Assembly (NCBI GenBank): GCA_009914755.4
Contig: CP068257.2
Coordinates: forward strand, 25,120,001-25,184,000
Length of the DNA stretch: 64,000 bases
From: the human T2T-CHM13v2.0 reference genome, Homo sapiens
Direction: 5' to 3'
This document shows positions 27,645 through 38,900 of this stretch, piece after piece. The translations under genes and the position numbers were made by a program. A model generated the notes under the pieces. It made no database searches. It had not been told where the DNA came from and worked only from the letters and a program-made list of their open reading frames with translations. Every line of letters starts with the position of its first letter. The first letter of the stretch is position 1.

Positions 27645-27780
27645 TTAATTTTTGTATTTTTAGTAGAGACGGGTTTCACCATGTTGGCCAGGCTGGTCTT
27701 GAACTTCTGACCTGAGGTGATCCACACACCTCAGCTTCTTAAAATGCTGGATTTACAGGCATGAGCCACCGCGCCTGGCC
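27645..27780 (-). mobile_element. Partial Alu (left monomer only, about 135 bp), antisense
   Basis: TTAATTTTTGTATTTTTAGTAGAGACGGGTTTCACCATGTTGGCCAGGCTGGTCTTGAACTTCTGACCTGAGGTGATCCACACACCTCAGC ... GATTTACAGGCATGAGCCACCGCGCCTGGCC. Begins in the Alu A-rich linker, so only the left arm is present. Confidence 0.9.
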
Positions 27781-27793
27781 CCTGTGCATTCTT

Positions 27794-28093
27794 TTTTTTT
27801 CTTTTCTTTTTTTGAGACAGAGTCTTGCTCTGTTGCCAGGCTGGAGTGCAGTGGCACGATCTCGGCTCACTGCAACCTCCGCCTCCTGGGGGTTCAAGCG
27901 ATTCTCCTGCCTCAGCCTTCCGAGTAGCTGGGACTACAGGCACGCACCACCATGCCTGGCTAATTTTTGTATTTTTAGTAGAGACGGGGTTTCACCATGT
28001 TGGCCAGGATGGTCTCGATCTGCTGACCTCGTGATCCGCCCACCTCGGCCTCCCAAAGTGCTGGGATTACAAGCGTGAGCCACCGTGCCCAGC
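27794..28093 (-). mobile_element. Full-length Alu, antisense, inserted immediately beside the partial Alu and bounded by a 12-14 bp target-site duplication CTGTGCATTCTT
   Basis: 5' flank CCCTGTGCATTCTT, then T-rich tail, then GAGACAGAGTCTTGCTCTGTTGCCAGGCTGGAGTGCAGTGGCACGATCTCGGCTCACTGCAACCTCCGCCTCC ... GATTACAAGCGTGAGCCACCGTGCCCAGCC, then CACTGTGCATTCTT. Confidence 0.95.
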
Positions 28094-29376
28094 CCACTGT
28101 GCATTCTTAATTCAGATATTGGAGAGTGAGATCTCTCTGATGAAATTCACTGGACGAAGATTTTGCCCTGGATTACCTGATAGACTGGAGTTACCCTGTT
28201 AAATGTTTGTCTTTGATAACCAGTCTTGGTCCAGTCACTTCTGGGCTGAATGAACAGGATTATATGATAATAAACATTGATATCTACAGCCATGAAGATG
28301 ATAAAATAGCTTCATTTAGTCAGGTCGGGGGGTGTTTCCAGCCAGGTTTCGAGTGTAAGTTTGTCATTTTCTCCTCTGCCATCAAATTTGCACATTCCCA
28401 GCCAGTGCTCCACCCATCTTGAGATCAAAATTTAAGAAGCATCAAAACATTCACTAATCAAGGTAAATAACATTTTAAGTGCAACATTTAAAATCAAAAT
28501 TTATACAAAAAAATACATGGTGAACAAAATATCAAAATGTATTACTGGTTTTTCCTGTTCCTCAGGCTTTACTATGGCCTGGTTTGGCACTGATCCCAAC
28601 TGCTCCAACTAAAATAAAATAAAAATGTGCCCTTTTTAGTTACAGTTTTGCTTGTTCCTTCCTGCAAGCCTGCTAAGTCTATTTCTTTGAGGTCTATTTC
28701 TGCTGAATCTGTTTTGAAATATAAATATTTGGACATTTAATTCTATATGGTTAAGAGACTTCCTAATTCAGAGCAGATTTTGTGATTATACATAGTTAGG
28801 AAAACTCTCACTAGATAGATTCATGGTTCTTGCTAAAATTGAAGGTACAGATAAAAGGGGAAAGAAGCAAAGCATAAAAAATTTGAAACAATGGTGTAAA
28901 AATGTGTTGGGGAATCATAATAGGGCTCAGGGCTACTGAGAAAACATAAATGTTCTCTCTTCCCCACCAAGGTCCTGATTACCCTTGAACTTGCCATATT
29001 ATTCAATGATTTAGACTGGCTCCTCTTGGTTGAAACGTTTTTAGGAAACCAGGTTCTCATGATTCCCTCACACCCCTGTCTCATGCCTCTTATTTTTTTT
29101 ATTGCCATTTTCTCTTTCTCCCACCTTCTCAAGAAACGTGTAATTCAAGGCTCAATCCTCAGAATTCTTGCTTTTCTTTTTCATTACCTTAACAATCTCA
29201 TTCACCCTCACAGTCCAATTTTCATCCCTACAGAGATCCCTCCAGAACAACACATCTCCAGCCCTGGACTTCTCTATTTCTAACAGTTCTTGTATTTGTC
29301 CTTTGTCTCTACTGCTCCACCTTACCTTCCTACATGTCCATATCACCTCACAGCTAGACCTGTCACCTCACACCTA

Positions 29377-29714
<338 letters not shown>

Positions 29715-29827
29715 ACGGGGACATGTAGTTAGCTCCAAAACCAGTCTTACTTTTTTACTTTATTGAAGGATATCAATGTTTTATTTGCTTGAGATAAGTT
29801 AGTTAATATACAATTTCATTTATACAG

Positions 29828-30137
29828 TTTTTTTATTTATTTTATTTTTTTATTTTTTGACACGGAGTCTCACTCTGTCACCCAGGCTGGAGTGCGGTGG
29901 TGCAATCTTGGCTCACAGAAAGCTCCGCCTCCCAGGTTCACGCATTCTCCTGCCTCAGCCTCCTGAGTAGCTGGGACTACGGGCATCTGCCAACAAGCCC
30001 GGCTAATTTTTTGTATTTTTAGTACAGATGGAGTTTCACCATGTTGGCCAGGATGGCCTCGATCTCCTGACCTCGTGATCCGCCCGTCTCGGCCGCCCAA
30101 AGTGCTGGGATTACAGGCGTGAGCCACCGTGCCCAGC
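29828..30137 (-). mobile_element. Alu SINE, antisense, AluY-like (many CpGs intact)
   Basis: T-rich then GACACGGAGTCTCACTCTGTCACCCAGGCTGGAGTGCGGTGGTGCAATCTTGGCTCACAGAAAGCTCCGCCTCCCAGGTTCACGCATTCTCCTGCCTCAGCCTCC ... CTCGTGATCCGCCCGTCTCGGCCGCCCAAAGTGCTGGGATTACAGGCGTGAGCCACCGTGCCCAGCC. Confidence 0.95.
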
Positions 30138-30352
30138 CTATTTAGTTCTTATAGAGAAGGAATATGTTAAATGAATTGTTATCTTAAAATAACTCTTTAG
30201 GGAATGGTGAGATAGCTACAAGAGGTATCTGCTATTCAGGTCTGAATACCATCTCACCTTTAAAGAAGAATATCCTTATAATGAAGCATTGTTCTTTCTA
30301 GCCTGTTCACTAGGTAGAGAAGCAAACATGACAGGGAGTAAATCATACATTT

Positions 30353-30995
30353 TTTCTTCTGAGAGTATTTCTTTTTTATTTATTTATTTATTTTTAAATT
30401 TTATTATTATTATACTTTAAGTTTTGTGGTACAAGTGCACAATGTGCAGGTTTGTTGCATATGTATGCATGTGTCATGTTGGTGTGCTGTACCCATTAAC
30501 TTGTCATTTAACATTAGGTATATCTCCTAATGCTATCCCTCCCCCCTCCCCCCACGCCACAACAGTCCCTGGAGTGTGATGTTCCCCTTCCTGTGTCCAT
30601 GTGTTCTCATTGTTCAGTTCCCACCTATGAGTGAGAACATGCGGTGTTTGGTTTTTTGTCCTTGTGATAGTTTGCTGAGAATGATGGTTTCCAGTTTCAT
30701 CTATGTCCCTACAAAGGACATGAACTCATCATTTTTTATGGCTGCATAGTATTCCATGGTGTATATGTGCCACATTTTCTTAATCCAGTCTATTGTTGTT
30801 GGACATTTGTGTTGGTTCCAAGTCTTTGCTATTGTGAATAGTGCCACTATAAACATACATGTGCATGTGTGTTTATAGCAGCATGATTTATAATTCTTTG
30901 GGTATATACCCAATAATGGGATGGCTGGGTCAAATGGTATTTCTAGTTCTAGATCCCTGAGGAATCGCCACACTGACTTCCACAGTGGTTGAACT
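30353..30995 (-). mobile_element. L1 (L1PA-like, young) 3' end, antisense, 5'-truncated to about 640 bp. Covers the 3'UTR plus the last roughly 100 codons of ORF2. Flanked by a perfect 16 bp TSD AGTAAATCATACATTT (30337-30352 and 30996-31011).
   Basis: Reverse complement of the L1 3' end: TTATTATTATACTTTAAGTTTTGTGGTACAAGTGCACAATGTGCAGGTTTGTTGCATATGTATGCATGTGTCATGTTGGTGTGCTGTACCCATTAAC ... CCCACCTATGAGTGAGAACATGCGGTGTTTGGTTTTTTGTCCTTGTGATAGTTTGCTGAGAATGATGGTTTCCAG ... TATTCCATGGTGTATATGTGCCACATTTTCTTAATCCAGTC. The minus-strand ORF 30701-31009 translates to ...WHIYTMEYYAAIKNDEFMSFVGT, the L1 ORF2p C-terminus. Confidence 0.9.
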
Positions 30996-32225
30996 AGTAA
31001 ATCATACATTTAACCAGAAATACATGTATTTGCTAACCTTGTTTCTTGATTCATTTATTTTTTTCAACATTCAATAAATATTTTTTTTTAGTTCCTACCA
31101 TGCGCCAAATAATATACTAGGCACTGGCACAGGAGTAGGTTTTATAGTACAGGAGTGAATACAAGAGTCAAGAATATATTTCTTAATGAGGCTCACATTT
31201 TAAGACAACTCAGCCATATTAGATGGCTATAGGTGCTCAAGAGAATAATAAAGTAAGGGAGATATGGAGTGAGGAGTTTGCAATGTTAGTTAAGATAGCT
31301 GAGAAGATGATATATGAGAAAAGAACTAAAGTGTAGAGTTAAACATGCAAATATCTGGGAGAAGCAGATTCTAGACAGAATAAAGAGCAAGGGCAAAGAC
31401 TGAGGAGGAAGTGTGCTTGGCAAGTTTAAGGAACAGCAACTATGGCTAAAGCTGAGTTAATAGAAAAGGATATAGGATAAGAGTAATGGTGGGGGGTGGT
31501 CAAATCAGGTAAAGCCTTGTTGGACATTGTAAAGAACTTTGGCTTCTCTTTTGAGAAATTGGAAAGGATAATTCTGAACAAAGAACGAAAAGAATTTCCC
31601 TGTATTTTAACAGGATCACACTGGTGAAAATTCTTAATAGACTGGAGCCGAATGAGAATGCGGAAATGGATGTAGGGATGCCTATTTGGAGGGTACTGCA
31701 ATACTCCAGGTGACAGATGTTGGTGGCTTGGACCAAGATGGTGGCAATAGAAGTTGTAACAGTGATTAGGATAGGGAATTCTTTGAAAGTAGATACCGTA
31801 AGATTTACTGATGATCTGAAGTATGAAGATATGAATGAAATGTGAGAAACAGAGAGGAGTACAAAATAACTTCATAAATTTTGGACTGAGGACTTGGAAA
31901 AAGAAACTGCCATTTCCTTAGAAGGGGAAGCTTCAGAAGACACAGATTTTTGTTTTTTTGTTTTGTTTTGTTTTTAAGTAAGGGTAGTGGTGGCAGGGAA
32001 GGGAGATAAGGAGTTCAGTTTAAGACATGCTTATTTTGAAATGCTCTTAGACATTCAAGTAGAGATATCTAATTGGTAATTGAATAGAGGAGCCTAAATT
32101 TCAGGGAAGAGTTTTCAGCTAGAGATATAAACTTAAAAGTTCTTGATATAATAATGATATTTACAGTGAGAAGACGGAAGGAATCATGAAGACAGTTAGT
32201 GAAGATGCAGAAAAAGAAATACACT

Positions 32226-32507
32226 TTTTTTTTTTAAGACTGAGTCTTGCTCTGTCACCCAGGCTGCAGTGGCATGATCTTGGCTCACTACAACCTCCGT
32301 CTCCCAGGTCCAAGTCATTCTCCTGCCTCAGCTTCCCGAGTAGCAGAGATTACAGGCACATGCCACCATGCCCAACTAATTCTTGTATTTTTAGTAGAGA
32401 TGGGGTTTCACCATGTTGGCCAGGTCTCGAACTCCTGACCTCAAGTGATCTGCCCGCCTCAGCCTCCCAAAGTGCTGGGATTACAGGCGTGAGCAACGTG
32501 CCTGGCC
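32226..32507 (-). mobile_element. Alu SINE, antisense
   Basis: T-run then AAGACTGAGTCTTGCTCTGTCACCCAGGCTGCAGTGGCATGATCTTGGCTCACTACAACCTCCGTCTCCCAGGTCCAAGTCATTCTCC ... GGGATTACAGGCGTGAGCAACGTGCCTGGCC. Confidence 0.93.
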
Positions 32508-32527
32508 AGAAAAACACAATTTTAATT

Positions 32528-33336
32528 TTATTTATTTTTTCTTTTAAAAAATGTATGTTTCAGATTCAGGGGATACACTGTGCAGGTTTGTTACAAGAGT
32601 ACATTGCATGATGCTGAGGTTTGGGCTTCTATTGATCCCATCACCCACATAGTGAACTTAGTACCTAACAGGGAGTTTTTTAGCCTTTGCTCCTTTCCCT
32701 CCCTCCCTCCTTTTGGAGTTTCCAGTGTCTATTTTTTCCATCTTTATGTCCATGTGTACCCAGGGTCTAGCTCCCATTTTTAAGTGAGAACATGTCGCAT
32801 TTGGTTTTCCATTTCTGCTTTAATTAGCTTAGGATAATGGCCTCCAGCTGCATCCATGGTGCTGCAAAATACACGACTTCATTTTTTATGGCTGCATAGT
32901 ATTCCATGTTGTCTATGTACCACATTTTCCTTATTAAATCCACTGTTGACAGGCACCTAGGGTTGATTCCATGTCTTTGCTGTTGTGAATAGTGCTGCAG
33001 TGAACATAGGCGTTCACGTGTCTTTTTGGTAGAATAGTTTATCTTCCTTTGGGAATAGACCCAGTGATGGGATTGCTGGTCAAACAGCAGTTTTATTTTT
33101 GGTTCTTTGAGAAATCTCCCAATTGCTCTCCACAGTGGCTGAGCTAATTTACATTTCCACCAGCAGTGTATAGGCATTCTTTTTTCTCCACAGCCTTGCC
33201 AACATCTGTTATTTTTTGACTTTTTGAAAAATAATAACCATTCTGACTGGTGTGAGATGTTATCTCACTGTGGTTTTGATTTGCATTTCTCTCATGATTA
33301 GTGATATTGGGCATTTTTTCATATGTTAGTTTTGGC
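32528..33336 (-). mobile_element. Older L1 (L1PB/L1MA-like) 3' end, antisense, 5'-truncated to about 800 bp, 3'UTR plus ORF2 C-terminal region
   Basis: Antisense L1 3' end motifs: GTGCAGGTTTGTTACAAGAGTACATTGCATGATGCTGAGGTTTGGG ... TAAGTGAGAACATGTCGCATTTGGTTTTCCATTTCTGC ... TTTTTTATGGCTGCATAGTATTCCATGTTGTCTATGTACCACATTTTCCTTATTAAATCCACTGTTGACAGGCACCTAGGGTTGATTCCATGTCTTTGCTGTTGTGAATAGTGCTGCAGTGAACATA ... ACTGGTGTGAGATGTTATCTCACTGTGGTTTTGATTTGCATTTCTCTCATGATTAGTGATATTGGGCATTTTTTCATATGTTAGTTTTGGCCACT. The minus ORF 32824-33177 ends in ...NMEYYAAIKNEVV, the ORF2p tail. Confidence 0.88.
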
Positions 33337-35637
33337 CACTAAGACATAATTTTTAGAGATTAGGGATAGGAGACTGTGAAAGGATAGCCAGTAGGTAGGA
33401 GAAAATGAGAAATACGGTTCCTGGAAGCCAAGAAAAGACATACTTTCAAGGAGAAAGGTGTGATCCCATGTCAAATTCTACAGGTAGGCAAGTAAAATGA
33501 GGGCAATGGGTGACTGACTGTCAGTTTGTCTCTCGGGTCACGTTCCTAAAACTGCTTAAGAAAGGGCCAGTAGAGAAACGGATTTAAGAAGTGCGAATAA
33601 TTTGCCGGTACATTTATCTGTTGTGTCCCAGAGTGGCTTCGCCTCATAAGGGTGTGTGAAGCCACGCTGGGATTTTCTTCCTTCCTCACAGTTCCAGGAG
33701 GGACCCGCCCAAAGTTTAGTTCAGAAGGATGGCTTTCTCCTGAAAAGAACTTTCCTTTGTTCGAAGATACATGTTTCTCCATCAGTGTCTCCAAACAAAC
33801 CCTAAAGATTCATGACAGGGGAGCAGGATTTCTTCCAAGACCTCTATGTAACTTCTCAACCACCACAATGGGCCTCTGTCGGGTCTTTAGGGGAGATGAG
33901 AAACGTCCCCCCCTCAAAAAAAGGGTTATGCACTTGTGTTTTTTCAAGCTGTCATTAAAAAAAATGTAAGCATTTAATAAGCAGCTACAAAGCAATTACA
34001 GACTGAAAGCCACCTCTTTATAAAGCAGCAGCCATAAAGACAATGGACACTGTGTAATGACAAAGCAACAGCTGCAAGATTCACGGGGAACAAGGAGGGC
34101 CATGCACATAAAGCATAAAGCGGCTGGAAAGTGTGGGTGCTGCTGTGCGTGGTTGGAGGGGGCCGTGGAGAGGCTTTATGAAAAAGGAGGGGGAAGGCAG
34201 GCTGCCAAAAGAGTTCTTTCTCTAGAGATAGCTAGAAAGAGAACATAAATAAACAGTGACTCATTCTGTGTGATGCTATAAACCTTGTCCAGCAGACCTT
34301 ATTTACGTAGGAGAGAGGACTCTGATGACTCCAGTTGTTTGGGAGAATACGGAAGAACTATTGGATTGAGCCTTAATTTGACTCAGGTTACCAGTCCCTA
34401 AGACTGCCAGTTTTACTTTCTTTGGGAAATTTTAGGAAGAAAGCAAAATGCACGTAGGACAAATAGAGACTAATGTGAGATGATGACAATATCCAGAAAT
34501 TCATATTTAACTTTTCAAGGAACTGCTTATCAAACCTATTTCTAAATCTTTGAAACACATGGGATTTCTAGTTGAAGATTTCTGAACAAAGTCAACTGTC
34601 TCTTTTATTCAGTCAAATAAATCATAAGCAAATTAGACACTAACCGACACTGTGCTCTTAATACAATCATCCACAACATATTTCCTGTCTATTTCTGTAT
34701 CTGTCTATTTATCTCTCCATTCATTTATCATATATGTAAAAGATTGGAGAACATTTTGACATTTCCCTATACAAATAAATGCAGCCTATATTTCTGCTTG
34801 TTTCAGAGTTTCTCCATGAAACTACCTCAGAAATAGATTCTCCAGTTTGCACAAATAAGAAATCAAATCATAATTACATATGCTCTTTTCTGCTGATATT
34901 TATTTGGTGTTTTCATATGTCAACATTTAAAAAATGACAGCTCTTTTTCTTCCAGACTTATCAAGAGATTTTCCTTCTTTGGCCTAAATTCTTTCTTACA
35001 ATGGTACAAGATTTAAGAAGAAAAAATTCACAAATACGTCCTGATGTCTACTCACTGGTTTACTGGTTTAGGGCTGATAGTGGCATTTCTTTTCTAGAAA
35101 ACTGAAATTACACAGCAATTCAAGAAAGGACCACAATGGTTAGAGGCGAAATTCCTTTTCCAGGAAAGAAGCAGGACAGTACTGGCAAAGTGTGTCAACC
35201 TGGCTTTGCCCAGATTTGGAGCATGAATCAAGTCACACAGTGTGGCTTCTGTGTGCTCTACCCACTCCAACTATGAACTGATGTTTAAAATTTGACATAG
35301 AAATCATGTTAACAATGCAAAGAGTCTTGATGAGAACACATGGAGACATAGAGGGGTAGAGGGGAACAACACACACTGGGGCCTTTTGGAGGGTGGAGGG
35401 TGGGAGTAGAAAGAAGATCAGGAAAAATAACTAATGAGTACTAGGCTTAATACCTGGATGATGAAATGATTTGTACAGCAAACCCCCATGACGCAAGTTT
35501 ACCTGTGTAACAACCCTGCACATGTACCCCTGCACTTTAAAGTTTTTTTAAAGCAAAACTCAACAAAAGTCCTAAAAATTACACAGCATCAAGGGAGTAA
35601 TAGTTTTAAACCCTGAAAAGCTTAGTGATTTTCTTTT

Positions 35638-35926
35638 TTCTTTTTCTAGAGACAGGGTCTTGTTCTGTTGCCCAGGCTAAAATGCAGTGGCATTAACAGC
35701 TCACAGCAGGTTCTAACTCCCAGACTGAAAGGATCCTCCCATCTAACTCTCCCCAGTAGCTGGGACTAGAGGTGTGTGCTACCACACCCCCCGCCCTTTT
35801 TTTTTCTCTTTAGAGATGGGGTTTTCCTATGTTTTCCAGGTGGTCTCAAACACCTGGCCTCAAGTGATCCTCTCACCCCAGACTCCCAAAGTTCTGAGAT
35901 TAAAGGCGTGAGTCACTATGCCCAAT
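35638..35926 (-). mobile_element. Alu SINE, antisense, old and strongly diverged (AluJ-like)
   Basis: T-rich then AGAGACAGGGTCTTGTTCTGTTGCCCAGGCTAAAATGCAGTGGCATTAACAGCTCACAGCAGGTTCTAACTCCCAGACTGAAAGGATCCTCC ... AGATTAAAGGCGTGAGTCACTATGCCCAATC. Confidence 0.88.
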
Positions 35927-38900
35927 CTGATGATTTTCTTGTTTCTTGATTTTCTTTTATTCTTGTAGGCCAGTTACTGCCAAGTTGTGCTATCTCTACT
36001 GCTTGACAAGGTAGTAGCAGGGATATACTATTCTATCTTAAGAAACAGTGGACTGGAAATCTATAAACTATTCCTTTGAGCTTTTATTATTTGTCACTTT
36101 TTTGTGCCGAGCATGAGCCCTAACCTGACATAGACTCACCCACAGATGCCTACACAGCAATATACGTAAACACACACCCACTCGCACATACACACCGTCC
36201 ACAGGAAAGTGTCACAGACTCCAATCAATCCACATTTCCCATGTCCACTGTTTCTCTGGCCCGAACCATCATCATCCTGCAGTACTGCCTGGTGAAGTGT
36301 GTGGTTCCCACAGTCAGACTGATGTGGTTTGAATGACAGTTAAACCAACCCGCCAAGGGTTGCTTGGGCGGGTTGCTTCCCCTTGCTCCTCTGCTCAACG
36401 TTGTTAGTTTTAGCGCCTGCCTGAAAAGATTTGTGAAGACGAAGCTAATTCATGTAAAGTGTTTAACATAGGTGATGCTTAAGAAATATCACCTCTCATT
36501 ATTGGAATGTGTATTGGTTTCCTACTGATGCTGAAACAAAGTGTCACAAACTTAATCGCTTACAACAACACAAATTTATTATCTTACAGTTCTGTAGGTC
36601 AGAAGTCTGATGTGGGTCTCACTGGGCTAAAATCAAGATGTTAGCAGGAGTACATTTACTTCTGGAAGCTCCAAGGGAGAATCCATTTCCTTGCCTTTTT
36701 CAGATTCTAGAGACCACCCACATTCCTTGACTCACGGCCCCCTTCCTCCATTTTCAAAGCAGCAACACTGCATCTCTCTGATCCATCTTCCATCATCTTT
36801 CTAATCACAGTTCGTAGAGGTTTTCTGGGACTTGTGTAACTACATTGAACCTTCTAGAATTATCTAGGTTAACCTCAAGGTCCATAACCTTAATCACATC
36901 TGCAAAGTCCCTTTTCTCTTGAAGATAACATATTCAGAGCCTCCAGGTTTGGGACATGGTGGACATCTTTGTCCGGAAGGATATTATTCTGCTTACCACA
37001 CAGGGAGTGTTACTGATTATAAATCTGTATGAAAAATGTGAATGCATCTTCATTGGATTGGCTGTCCCATGTGTTTCTATCCATTAACTCCTCCATTAAC
37101 ATCATGTTCTGATAGGGCAGGCTCTATGGTGATCAAGTCCATGCATGCATGAAACTGGAAACCTCATGGAGTTGTCCCACCATCATGGCGCAAAAAGCAC
37201 AGCAAATTATTTTAAACTAGCCTTTGATACGGAACAGATACATACAATGATAAGATCTAGATATTGAACATTCACTTATTTGCTTTTTCAATCACTCAAC
37301 AAATATTTATCAAGTGCTTAACATGAAAAAGCCACTCCACAAAAGGAAATCTCAATTTCTGGCAAGCTTTCAAAGCTATAAACTATGACATCATCCTTTC
37401 TCAAACAAACCAACCATTATAAACATCCCAGAATAGGCTTTATGAAGCCTTCTCTGGAGAAGGGCTCTTAACCTAGGGCATGTGCAGAGGCTCCAGTAGT
37501 CTGGGATTTCCTGTTAACCGCATGACAAATTGTGCATGTCTGTGTGTTTGGGGGGCAGGGGAGAAGGTCCATTGTTTTCATCTAGTTCAAAAAGGGGTCT
37601 ATAATCCACCGAAGGTTAAGCGTGGCAGCTCCAGGGTATCACTGTTTAGGATGCTAAAGACCTTACTGCCCAGTTTCTCCATTTCGCTCCAGAAACTTTC
37701 CGTGAAACTAAGCAAATGGTATTAAGTACTTGGGCTCACCCCTTGAGTTACTGACACACCATCACATCCCTTGCTTTTCTGCTTCTCTCTGCTCACTTAT
37801 TACCCTACTAATGAGCGCAGATACCTCTGCTTAACTATGTTCTGTGTGACAAAGGAAGATTAAGAGTTAGACAATGGCAGAACTTGAATATCAGTTCTTC
37901 AAGTTCTAAAATCTCCTTTCCTTTTCCTACCCTGAACAATTCCTATTTTGATAGTCCCATTCCCTCTATTATCTACATCCAGTTATATACTATAAATCAT
38001 GTGTGAAGAGAAGGTATGAAAACCTTCTGGGAAGAGGATTGTATTTAAACCTAGGACCTGTCCTTCCCACATCAAAAAAATAAATAAATAAAATCAACTG
38101 AAAAAGGAAGTAAACAAAGTGATATGCTTCTACATAGATTGAATAAAGAACCACACCTTTCTGCTGCCCTCTTTCCAAAGCAGTGTGTTTGAAAAAGCAT
38201 TACTTCTTTCAGAGTACAACACTTGATTCCTCTAGGTCAAGGGCAACCGTGGGTGGTTTGGGCTGTGCTCACATTTAGGAATGCCTCCAGTTCAGGCTCT
38301 GCAGACCTACTGCCTTAACTCTTTACTGCTCTTTCCTCCCCCCTGATTCCAAGAAAAGCACGAGGACAAAACATTGAGTCCCATTTCTGAATATTTCAGT
38401 TGTTCTGTGTGGAAGGTGCTGCCACCCTTTCCAGGCCACCCTTCTCCCATCAGATTGCAGAGCAGCCCTGACTGATCTTGAAGAGTCACTCCCAGGCCCT
38501 TGGATAGCTCACCCTGCGGAAGTCTCAAAGTGGGTGGCAAGTGGGTGATATGCCTTACGGAGATGTGTATGTAAGTCTATGCACTCATACACAGTGTACA
38601 TGGTTGTGAGCTGAGCCCATTTATGGTTTTGGTATGTGTTCTTTGTTTCATCACTTAAAAGAGTGTCCCTTGTCTCTCCTTCCCAGTCTCAATGGTCCCA
38701 TTACTCATTAAATCCCTTCCCATATACCTAACCCCATCTACCTGCATTTCCTGGGCATGACGTGAGCAGAAACTATGTCTTCATCTGTTGATTTTATGTC
38801 TTAAAATCCATTTAATTTTGCTGGGCTGGTGGTACCAGGAGCAGATAGAATGAGGGAGACAGAATGAGTTAGAAGTTAGCTAGAGCTGGGTTTCTAAGTG

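Noticed and set aside
30701-31009. 102 aa minus-strand ORF with clear similarity to a known protein (L1 ORF2p C-terminus, ...MEYYAAIKNDEFMSFVGT)
   Set aside because: It is a real protein remnant but only the last roughly 100 codons of a 5'-truncated L1. It is a dead retrotransposon fragment, not an intact gene. The same applies to 32824-33177.
31426-31875. Longest ORF in the window (149 aa, minus strand)
   Set aside because: Low-complexity, no recognisable domain, and the DNA has the signature of an ancient interspersed repeat (…GATGGTGGCAATAGAAGTTGTAACAGTGATTAGGATAGGGAATTC…). Most likely a chance ORF in decayed repeat sequence.
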